A DNA stretch of 64,000 bases from Hemiscyllium ocellatum (Eukaryota): NCBI RefSeq assembly GCF_020745735.1, contig NC_083407.1:68315857-68379856 (forward strand). The letters are read 5' to 3'. Under the pieces are notes generated by a model that was not told where the DNA came from, ran no database searches, and saw only the letters and a program-made list of their open reading frames with translations. The stretch's first letter is position 1; each line of letters begins with the position of its first letter. Shown in pieces: positions 12,733 through 23,066 of the stretch. The translations under genes were made by a program, and so were the position numbers.

Positions 12733-12879
12733 CCCGAAGCTGAGAGCAGGTTGCAGGCTGATACTACACTAATGATGATCTTGCAGCTGTGGCCAATTCA
12801 CATCCAGCCCGCAAGTGTCTCGAAATTTATCTTTTTGGTGCAAAGAAAAAGTGTTATGTCAATGCGAGGGAACGACTGG

Positions 12880-13020
12880 TCAAAATGACCCGTGCTTCCT
12901 TTCTCCCGATGTGTCATTCATCAAACTAGTGCTCGTCATTAAGGTACGAATGACGCTGTTCGAATAATCATTTATTGTAACAGGTTTATAAGCAAATAAA
13001 TACAAGCGTCTGTCAGTGGA
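12880..13020 (-). promoter_or_regulatory. evx2 proximal conserved element / promoter
   Basis: GTCATTAAGGTACGAATGACGCTGTTCGAATAATCATTTATTGTAACAGGTTTATAAGCAAATAAATA, 150-290 bp upstream of the ATG, with homeodomain- and forkhead-type sites. Recalled as conserved in tetrapods. Confidence 0.55.
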
Positions 13021-14316
13021 TGATGAAGGCGGCCTAGCGACAGGCGAATACATCCAGGTAGAGAAGAATCAGAGGACAGCCCCTGTCCTCCGCCGATGAT
13101 CGTATGCCCGGATGCTCTGGGCTTTGGCCTCTGGGGTGAAATTGACAGTCTGATTAATAAAATGAACATTACAGCATTTCCCTGTACATTTAGTCAGATC
13201 ATTATGTTCTGATTTTGCTTTGCTGTTCTTATCGGGTTCTGATAATAGCATCTTTTTCATCATACTTTTGGGTGAACGTGAGCGAGCGTTGTAGGTAAAT
13301 AGAAGTACTGAGTTTTATGTTTTGTACCTTCAGTCAGATAATTACATTTGGTGTATTTAGTTAGTTTGGGATAGAAATGCCATAATGTGTTTTCTTAACA
13401 ATGTGAAGATAGATTTTTTTTGCAACCGCACTGTAATATTCTGACTTTTCCGGTTCTTATTCGTGTTTTCTTTTTATTAGCTATATTCTCCCTCAGCTTC
13501 TCGCCGTGTCATTGCTTATTTTATCTCGCTTTCCATACACCGATACAGACAACTGGCGTGTCTTATTCAGTGTTGTTTTAATCTATCTTTCACGCATATA
13601 AAATCTGCACAATTTTCGAGGAACTTGTATGGGGTTTCTTTAGTATACCACTCTTCAGTTTATTTTAGTGGATATTTCAGATATTTAAACTCCGAAATGA
13701 ATCCTGATAACGTGCATCATAAGAACTCGAGCAAAGGACAATGACATTCTCGCTGAAATGCGTTGTATACCTGAATAAAGTTTTAGTTGCTTTTAAACAA
13801 AATGTCGAAACTTTTTTCACCCATTGAGCGATAGCCTTTATGGGATCGTACTTCATTTTAGGGAAAAAGGACTTGCTATGATTTTGAGATCGCTTATTTG
13901 TGTGTATTCTCCCCACCTCTCCCTCTTGTCCAAGTCTGGCACGTATTTATACGATCGATTTAATTTCACGTGAAGTATCATATTTATATTTATGTTATGC
14001 GGGATATTAGAGCAAGTTGCTTCAATCAGATAATTTGGAAACGTTCTCTTCGTGGTATTTTCCATGAAAACCAAACTACTGTCGTGTATTTCTCAAATTA
14101 ATTGCTGAGATTATTTTATCCGAACTCTGCACAACAAGCATTTCGCTCGAAAAAGAGATTGCTAAAGGTGAATCCGTTACCTGTAGCTATTAGTAATTTA
14201 CCCTAAGTCCGTGGTCAGATATAACGGAGCCTAAGCAACATTTGAGGCTGGAAATTTAATATCCAAGAGGGTTTGAAAGATGGAGAATCTGTGTGGACCA
14301 GCTCCTCTCGGTGTTA

Positions 14317-14388
14317 ATAGTAGTAGTAATGATGACGCTGATAGCGATGATGATAATGATGATGAATTTGTTGTTGTTGTCATCATCG
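14317..14388. repeat. Compound triplet low-complexity run (TAG/GAT/GTT/CAT)
   Basis: tagtagtagtaatgatgac...gatgatgataatgatgatgaa...gttgttgttgtcatcatc is directly visible. Confidence 0.7.
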
Positions 14389-16976
14389 CCGTAGTTACTT
14401 TGGTTTTCGAAATCAATGTTTACCGACAAGAAGCGAAAGCTATTATCTAAGTTGCGAAATGCACGCTTGAAATGTTAAATTAAAGATTAACTGATCTTCA
14501 GTGTGAATGTCACAGAACAGTTTCTATCGAGAACCCCTTATGGGAAATGACAATGTAGCAAAAGCGCTCGAGATGCATAATTAATATTAAATAATGCATA
14601 AACGGAAACTATATCATTGCTGCTAAATGTTTTAATTAGTACTGTGTCCCATATGCCATAGAAATAACGTCCTGTCATATATATGCATATGCTGGTAAAT
14701 GCATTTTCTTGTATTTTACGCCAGTTAATAATCTGCAATAAATATTGATATTCACGCCCTTGTAATTCGCATGTGCGCTAATTTCTGCATTAAGGCGAAA
14801 CACAAATGAGAATAAACGTCGAAATCAACGGCAGTGGAAAAAATATTGTTACGATTTATGGGAAACATAAGCGACAAAATGTTAATTATGGTGAATAAAT
14901 TGTATTAAAAGACTATATTAAAAGTTACGTTGTGAAAATTATATATTCTTCCAAAGGATCTCGTACAACAACAGAGGGTTCTTGAAAGTGCTGGGGGCCA
15001 CTATTTTCACGTTAGCGTTTTCTGACGTTCGAAATTACAAATAGAAAGCTACCGTAAATAGCTCGTTAAAATTGTTGGCGAAGGGTTCAAAGACTTTTCC
15101 ACTGTTTAAAATAGTATGATATTGCAAATTAGCAAATATGCTGTATCGTTAGCAAGCATAAAACAAATTTGGTTTCTTTACACAGCTCAGATGTTAGGAC
15201 CATTTTTTTAAAGGAAACGCTCGTATAGATTTTATGAATACAGTACACTATGCCTGAGAAGAAAGATTTTTGAGATTGATGTTATTTCTTATTCATACTT
15301 CAGTTTGAGTCTTGTTTAATAATATTATCCGTAATCTACCAATCAAAGTGAATGAATGTTACAATTAATTAATTGTGAAGCAGTATTCTTTGAGTGGAGT
15401 TGAGATAAACAAGGATGAATGGACTCGGAATTAAATGCGTTCTCTCGAAATATCTGTCCTCTGGCGCCCTCATCCGTTTTCTTTGATTTTAACAGCCAGA
15501 GGACTGCCACGATGGTTCAGTAAGTTGTTTCTCTGAGAATCAACAGCTTTTGAAAATTCTGTACAGTAGATACCAACTAAAATCGAAACTTTATTATTCA
15601 TGAGTTAGCTGTTGTATTAATCAGTTATTTTGTACAAACATCACATGCAGATACTTCAAGAATAATACATTACGAGGTAAGTAAATGTATGTATTGAGAT
15701 TTTTTAAAAATATAAAACTAACATCCGGAAATTTGCATTCCTATTTTATGAGAGAGAGAAGTTAGATACAGAGCTAATAACTTTTTTGGGGGGGGACATT
15801 GCCAGCCTAAGTGTGCATGGGTATTCTCAAATATTCATTATCAAGAACAAACGCGGAGAAAATACTGGATTTTTAAAAATACTTATTTCATACCTTTCAG
15901 TGTGTCGAAATTTCATTTCAATATTGAACTGAACGCAAAATCTGATTGATGTTTCATTAGCGATAGGTTGGGAAATTACAGGATCGCAGCAATTCTCGTT
16001 AACATTGGCATAATATTGATAAATGAAACTGAGCAAGAGTGATAAACATAATGCAAAAAAAATTGCAATGGCATTCAACTGGAAAATAAGTTTTGTTTTT
16101 ATCTAAATCCATGATCTACATCATTTACATTTTAATTAGCTTTAATACTTTTGAAGGGAAAGTTTGAAACTGTTCGCAAAGTCACGAAGCTAGTTAAAAG
16201 ATGATATGTAGACAGATCGGACCACATTTCTGTATAGTTCACTTTACAGAGAGCTCAAGGGAGCTTTACAGCAATGGGCCAAATATTTGTTCGATCGTCT
16301 AAAGCAGGTACAGCTAGGTGTAATTCTATTGCGGTAAGGGTTATAGCAGGCAATAAAATGCACTAAAATGCTTTTTGTCTGACGCAAGTTACAATGTCGT
16401 GAAAAAGGTTTTTTCCAGGTTGTAGTGAACGGCTTTGTTAATTTGTTGTTCCATTCTGCCGCTTGGGTTCAAAACAAAATGCACGTTTATAAATCAAGGT
16501 ACATTGCAATCAAATACTGTGAACAAGAATCAGCGGGGAAAAGTCAGAGAATGAAAAACTGAAACAATAAGCCGAAACAAAATGATCATTAAACTCCACA
16601 TTGACCTTGAGTCAAAGTACGGTAACTACAGTACATTACAGTGTCATTCTGTAATGCAGCACTGTCCTTGACGTTTGCGCACAAAGTTTAATTTGCAAAG
16701 AGTCCACACTGCGTTTTATTTACCAACTGTAGCTGTGCTACAGCAATAAAAAGATCAGGTAGCTTGATCCAGGGTGTAGTTTGTGCACCTAATGGAGAGC
16801 TGGGTTTCATTTCTGCGAGGCAGACATCAAAGTGTTTGCTCAGTACTTGTCACGCTATCATTCTCAGCATTTAGAAGGGACAGGAGCTTAAACTTGCAAG
16901 TCAGGACAAAAATGTAACAAGAGAATTGTATTTGCAAGTCGCTGGAATGAACCCAATCATTCAGTTTAGTTATAAG

Positions 16977-17502
16977 ATGGATTCGACTTCTCTGCGGTAC
17001 GAACTGACGCTAGAGACATCTAGTGATAAAACAGGATTAAGGGAAGATGAAGTGCGACCTACAGAAATGGCGCCAGTATTTTCCACAAACTTTAGAACTT
17101 CTGCTTTATCCTCATCGCCTTTGAAAACGACTTCAAGTGGAGGACACCAAGATTTGTGTTCCGAAGACATTTCGACTTGTGGATCGCATGGAAGCACAGA
17201 TCAGGAGATTGTCGCTATGTCACCTGGGGCAGTGCAAATCCCTGCAAACCAACTGCAAAATGACTGCCATATGTCTCCGTTTATTAGCTACCGGCACAAC
17301 TACTGTACCAGAGGTGAATACCCGACAAACTCCTCACTTTATCAGCATTGGCCACTAGAATATCCCCAAGTTGCACCTGTTCAAACGCAGGCAAATCCCA
17401 ACAATCAGGGTACGCCTGCCTTTTACCATTCTCAGTACTCTGGAACATCGTATGAAGCAGGAACACTCAATACTGCAATGCCCGGTGTCCCAAGGCCTTT
17501 AG
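16977..17502 (+). CDS. hoxd14: Homeobox D14, exon 1 (alternative in-frame ATG at 16947)
   Basis: Open frame MDSTSLRYELTL...PGVPRPL. Donor TTA G|gtcagt is phase 1 and matches the acceptor at 18250. The start codon choice is uncertain. Confidence 0.8.
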
Positions 17503-17540
17503 GTCAGTCTGATAATACATTCTCATGCACGACATATCCA

Positions 17541-17580
17541 TGATTGATTGATTAAGATTGATTAGATTGATTAAGAATTG
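17541..17580. repeat. GATTGATTA(A) tandem minirepeat in hoxd14 intron 1
   Basis: tgatt gattgattaa gattgatta gattgattaa gaattg. Confidence 0.8.
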
Positions 17581-18249
17581 TAATTCGCTTTCTTTGATAT
17601 CATGCAACAGGTGACTTTTCTGGTTGTGTCTTACAGCAATGTCCAGGTGATTTGTATTTTAGTTTCGATGTGAGCATGCTGCTTGGTCAGTGAATGATCG
17701 GGCAATTTTAGCAAAAAAAACATTGTTCTCCATAGTTTGGGAAAGCTAAGATAGTTCGCTTTTCCTGAGGATGGTTATATGTTTTAACCGCATATTTAAA
17801 GCGAAAACTGAAAATAGTTGGTGATTTTTATATAATCGCTTCATATGTAGTTTTAATGAAAAGTTCTAGAGATCACAATATGTATTTCGTACACAAAATG
17901 CATGCAACAAAATATTGCATATTTCAACTGAGAAAAGTGAGTAACATTTATCATAACATTTGGATTACAAAGAGGAGGGGAGGTGGGAACACACGTTTGT
18001 AAACAATTGCAATTAATTGCTATTTTTGCTGTTAATTCTTGTCACTCAACAATGATAATTTCTGAAGGATAAATTAACCAACATCGACTAAAATGAACGA
18101 CAGTCAACGGAACTGACAGCTGTTTAGTTAACGCAGCGTTTGCGCATACATGAAAGCAACATAACTAGATAAAACACGCATTTCTCGGAATTTCACTGAT
18201 TATGTTCCTAATGACTTAACATACTGATAGGATATTTATGTTCCTTCAG

Positions 18250-18431
18250 CACTGGGACTAGCATCGCATTGGTCAATGTCGCAGAATCCTACACACAGAC
18301 AAAGAAAGAAGCGAATCCCCTACAGCAAACAACAAATCGCTGAACTGGAAATGGCTTTTGAAAATAATCGATTCCTCACCCCTGAGGTCCGATTAAACAT
18401 CTCTTTTAGGTTAGGTTTAACAGAAAGACAG
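18250..18431 (+). CDS. hoxd14: Homeobox D14, exon 2 (homeodomain residues 1-44)
   Basis: Acceptor ttccttcag|CA. Encodes [44 protein letters not shown]; donor CAG|gtaaga. Confidence 0.95.
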
Positions 18432-18580
18432 GTAAGAGGCGTTCGTTCCACTTTCTATGCAAGAAAATATTAAGTACCTGTCCCTCTTCATTGTCAACAG
18501 GTGGGCTCATTGTATTTCACGAAACATTAAACCAAGTCCGTGTTTATTAGTCACATATATAAAGAATCTGTATTTTTCAG

Positions 18581-18673
18581 GTGAAGACATGGTTCCAAAA
18601 CCAGCGACAGAAAGAGAAAAAACTTCTTCGTGTGCAGCAACAATTGATAAAGCCAAGTTGTCCTGGACTGTGA
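18581..18673 (+). CDS. hoxd14: Homeobox D14, exon 3
   Basis: Acceptor tttttcag|GTG. Encodes VKTWFQNQRQKEKKLLRVQQQLIKPSCPGL*. WFQNQR and the intron between residues 44 and 45 are diagnostic of paralogy group 14. CDS is 801 nt (266 aa) from 16977. Confidence 0.95.
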   Translation: MKTWFQNQRQKEKKLLRVQQQLIKPSCPGL

Positions 18674-19705
18674 AATATAATAACATTCCTCATTTGGACA
18701 ATTGCTTTTTAAGAGTCACGAGAACGTGCATACTGATTTACAACAGCAAAGTCGCCTCTCTTTAGTTATATAGCCACAGAAGATTACTAGGCATTTTCGT
18801 TTTTAATTCTTTTGAAGTTGGAATAGCTCATTAATCTTTATCTTGCATTACGAGGAGCTCCAGTTTGATGTGCTAAACGCAATAAAGAATGTTGATTTCA
18901 CTAAAGGTGGTGAACAAGAAATATCGATACTAAAGGGAATATTTAACTTGATTTTCCAAAAGGCTAAGTACTCGTTTACTATTCATTACGTGTGTGAGTA
19001 AATATAATTGGACACAAATTAAAGTCTCTCTGTAATGTTTAAAGAATAATAACATATTATAGGTTGCAAAATAAATTGTTTCGTGAGTAGTATACACACC
19101 TGTTCGGGTTTGAAATTATTGGAATACATAATTGTTCAAAGTTAGGGCATGCTATACTTGAATAAATTTCTCAAATGCATAAAGTTTTTACATGCACAAA
19201 ATTGAATTCAAATGTGCATTCGCAGTATTTTGTCACCTTTCTTCAGAACAAATCGTTAATTCGCAGGTTTTGGTCAAACAGTAGCTGGAAAATGTCAAAC
19301 TTTATTGATTTGAGATAGTGTTGTGCTGATTTAAAACTTCAAAGCTGTGATACTCAAAATCACATCTATATTTGCATACAGATCATGCAGTTTCTTCCAC
19401 ACTTCATTGCGTACCTGCTCTGCTCCTCTTGTAGGCAGTTTTAAACATTATTCAGTTCAAAAGTTATGCAATTCCCTGGATTTTCTAAAATAAAAACAAC
19501 ACCAGCTGACGTTTCATTGCGGGGTTCAGGTCAGTGCAATGTGGTAGCTTTGCTATGGAAAACGTAGCTCACGAGAATGAAATAGCTCCTGAATGTTGTA
19601 CATGAAATACTGCAGTAAATTATAATGGAACAAAATGCATTATGTTTTGTGCGGGCAACTAGAACATTGGTCAGCCATGTTGCTCAAGTGCAAAATATAA
19701 ACATC

Positions 19706-19770
19706 TGTGGACTCGTTGGGCTGAATGGCCTGTTTCCACACGGTAGGGATTCTATGGGTTCTATATTCTA
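19706..19770 (+). mobile_element. 3' tail fragment of a shark HE1-SINE / HER1 (CR1-type) LINE
   Basis: GGGCTGAATGGCCTGTTTCCACACGGTAGGGATTCTATGGGTTCTATATTCTA with a repeated TTCTA tail, resembling the recalled family 3' end. Confidence 0.6.
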
Positions 19771-20429
19771 ACATCAAATTTATTCTCAATTACCTCTGCA
19801 TGTTCACCTGTCCAATATATGTTCATTTAAAAAATATAATTGCTGCTTGTGGTGTTGTAATAAACACTGAAGGAAAAAAGAAACTTGGTTCTCGTTAACT
19901 ATCCATTGGCACCCATCCGTCTGATACTGTGATTTTATCTAGTTACAAAAGTCATTTGTTAAAGGTGCGTTTCTGAAACTGGAAAGCGCGAACTGAAGTG
20001 CTAGCTTTTGTCCATCATCCGTATAAGCAACTTAAAGAGACAGTTACAGGTTTCTGAAAGATAAAGAAAGCATCAAACGCAGACCTGAGATTCTCCACGA
20101 TAGGAAATGAAATCATGTTGCCAGCATATTTCTGGGTAGAAATTCCCCAAACGATTTGGAAAGTTATAAAAAATAAACATATTATCAGTAAATTTCTGTT
20201 AAAATTTCTAGGAAGTATCAAGGATTATATGGCAATATCTGCTCTGCATGTCCAAATATCTTCTTTTAAATGTAGCAATCTTCATATAAATTTGAACGAT
20301 TTTCAGTAAATAATTATTTACAATTAAAGTAGAGGAATAGTCATTTCTTAGATATTAGGTTCTCAAGTGCATGACTGAATGCGAAAAGCCAGGATTAATA
20401 CAGTGCGATATCAGGTCCTAAAAATTGGT

Positions 20430-20835
20430 AACATGCAATGAATGTCAACAACAGATACTTTGGTGATAGCAAGATCCTACAGAATGCAAATAAATAAATG
20501 GTCAGTTAATCGATATTTGTGGATGTTGGTTGAGAAGGGAACGATGACGAGAACACCTAGCGAAAAGTACAACAAGGAACCGCAGATGATGGAAATCTGA
20601 AACAAAAACAGAATGCCCTACAGAAACTCTGAGGGTCTGTCAACAGCTATGACAAGGAAACCAGAGTTAACGTTTCGAGCCCAGGTGATCCTTTATCAGA
20701 ACTAAAGGTAACACTGCGTTTGACTCTTTAGATGCTGCAGGACGTGCTGAGTTTCTCCAGCAATTTCTGTTCTTTGTTCGTGAAATATTTGCTTTATTCA
20801 AATAGTACATTATTTTGTTTTTTTACGTCTCTTGA
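20430..20835 (-). mobile_element. Degenerate DeuSINE-like relic (SacSINE1/AmnSINE1 type), interrupted by a younger insertion
   Basis: AGCAAGATCCTACA...GATGTTGGTTGAG...ACACC and, after the insertion, TTCAAATAGT...TTTTAC resemble the reverse complement of the Deu-domain SINE consensus as recalled. Not aligned. Confidence 0.45.
20571..20779. mobile_element. Degenerate palindromic Penelope-like fragment
   Basis: GCAGATGATGGAAATCTGAAACAAAAACAGAA...GAAACTC versus inverted GAGTTTCTCCAGCAATTTCTGTTCTTTGTT. A decayed hammerhead core lies on the minus strand (agtt-CTGATAA...GAAA-CG-TT-aact). Similar to the 4029-4274 element. Confidence 0.65.
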
Positions 20836-20950
20836 TTACAATTATTTGGAGGACCACAATTGAAACAGAAATCGTTCAGTCATTCATCAACAATAAATGA
20901 GATATAAATTCCCGTAATAAATAATTAATCGCATTATATGCTGTACATCT

Positions 20951-21066
20951 GTCATAGGGTCATACAGTGCGGAAACAGACTTTTCGGTCCAACATAATCC
21001 CAAACTAAAGTCGTCCCACCTGTCTGATCCTGGCCCATATCCTTCTAAGCATTTCTTATTCATGTA
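20951..21066 (-). mobile_element. 3' end fragment of a CR1/HER1-type LINE
   Basis: GTCATACAGTGCGGAAACAGACTTTTCGGTCCAAC...TGGCCCATATCC...TATTCATGTA is the reverse complement of a CR1-type 3' end related to the fragment at 19706. Confidence 0.6.
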
Positions 21067-22895
21067 GTCGTAATAAATATCGGAGAAATAACAATTGAAG
21101 ATTATAGATTAAAGATCTTGTCTCTGTGGTCTTTTTTCTGTCAACTTTTCCGTTATAAATCACAATGTTGACCTCTATAATAGAAAATGCCAGTGTAAAC
21201 GGAATCATTCTTTCCCCAGTTGGACAGAGAGCGCCACCATTGGTAGAAAGTGGAGATCGTAGCGTGACAAATTGATGCCTTTCGTTTACATTACAAACGA
21301 ATAGATGAGAATTTTAAAATTAGTAACCTTCAAAGGAAAACTGAACACGATGCCTGTCCATGTTATCCGCTGTCCTTTAATAACATTGTTCGTGATGATT
21401 TCAGTCGTTCTAGACTCCTGCTGCACAACAAGAATGATAACTTTATTCAGAAGTGCATATATTTTTGCTATATTTTGTACACCAGCATTGTTCATTGTGG
21501 TAAAATTGCAATTCCAAGTCGTGAATGATTTAGCAGATGCAGAAACAGAAAACAAATATGTTTTCACATTTAGGTAAAGGTTTAAATAAAAAGGATCTCA
21601 GAATGGTGACAGTTAGTTTCACAAGCCAAGCAGTCGAATTCGTTTATTTTCTACATCATCTTGAATGAAGCAGAGCAGTGAGCTGAGAGTCTGATGAATG
21701 CCTTCTTTTATATTGCTGTTCAGGCCATGCTGTCTGCTTTTTGCTTGACAAAATTCTGGAATTTGCTGGAATGCATTGTAGTAGCATAATTGCGTAACAG
21801 CATTTATTCACTAGCAGACGTGTACATTTTGCATTCGAACTGTATTTGAATCCAAATATTGTATCAGCAAACCATTCCGGCCATTGATAGACTGTGGCCT
21901 TGAAAGTGAACTTCCTCTTATGTGGAACAGACTTGCGTCAATGCAGATAAATTCATTTCATCAAAAATACCAAGGAAATTTGCACCTATTGTCTGTCTCG
22001 AATAAATATTTTTTGCATTCTTATCGAAGACCTGAATCGGAAGCTAGCAAAGCTTTGGAATACTTTTTACGTCTTGAAGTTTACCACTGCTTGTTGCTGT
22101 TTGTAATCTCAGTCCTCTTTTCTGGAGACAATGTGACATTCTTTTGCGTTTCTTACTGAAATGATAGTAACGCTGTTTTAAGAACTGGTATAGCAACTGG
22201 TTATGAATGAAATACATGTCTTATTTATAAATATTGTTATGTTCTATTCATTATGAGGGACTGTAAAAATGCTAAAGTATATGTAATGGGTTCACAACAA
22301 GTTACCCGGGAACGTGAAATCGCTGTATAGTGTTGCAATGCAGCTTTCAATGCAATAAATTATTCTTAAAGAGTTCCAATTGGAACATAACGCTGAAAAG
22401 TGAGGTAGGAGACATTCACAACATCAAGTGATTAATTGGTTGCTAACAATGTCAGATGAAAGTATATTTCGTTCCCCTCTTAACTGTTGACAGGTTAAAT
22501 CCATGTTACTTGTAGGTGCATTTTACGTGCAGGGTGGAATATCTCGGGATATTTGAAACATCACTTGTAAATTTCGATCTAGTTTTTGCAAGTATCTACA
22601 ATTCATTTTCAAATATGGTAAGTAATGTGTTTGGTTGGAACTTGGACAGATGGGGTTTTACAGCATTTTTTTCTCCTGGTAACAAAAAAATTATAGCGAG
22701 CACTGGTTGGCATGTAATCTGCTTTTATTCGTGTAGTGCATTAATATCGGTCATTCTGTTGGAAAAATGTGAAATCAAATGGGGTCATACGAGCTGTAAT
22801 ATAGTCAGTCTCAATACAGTGAATGCTCTCAGCTGGATATATATTTAATCAAATGATTTATCTAAAACGAAACACATGCATCTATCGTCAATAAC

Positions 22896-23066
22896 TGTTT
22901 TGGTGTACTGATTTGGAGATGCCGGTGTTGGATTGGGGTGTACAAAGTTAAAAATCACACGGCATCAGGTTATAGTCCAACAGGTTTATTTGGAAGCACT
23001 AGCTTCCAATTAAACCTGTTGGATCATAACCTAGCGTTGTGTGATTGTTAACTTTGTTTTGGAGTA
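22896..23066. mobile_element. Palindromic element of a second (Penelope-like) family with target-site duplication
   Basis: 56-bp inverted arms at 22942-22997 and 23002-23057 around a 4-nt loop. Flanking direct repeat TGTTTTGG(T/A)GTA at 22896-22907 and 23055-23066. Confidence 0.7.

Noticed and set aside
17541-17543. Apparent premature stop making hoxd14 a pseudogene
   Set aside because: The stop is intronic once the phase-1 donor after 17502 is used, and the spliced frame is intact.
21229-21246. Possible CTCF site (GGTGGCGC on the minus strand)
   Set aside because: The 5' half of the core matches poorly. Similar weak matches near 7160, 38465, 39313 and 58916 were also not called.
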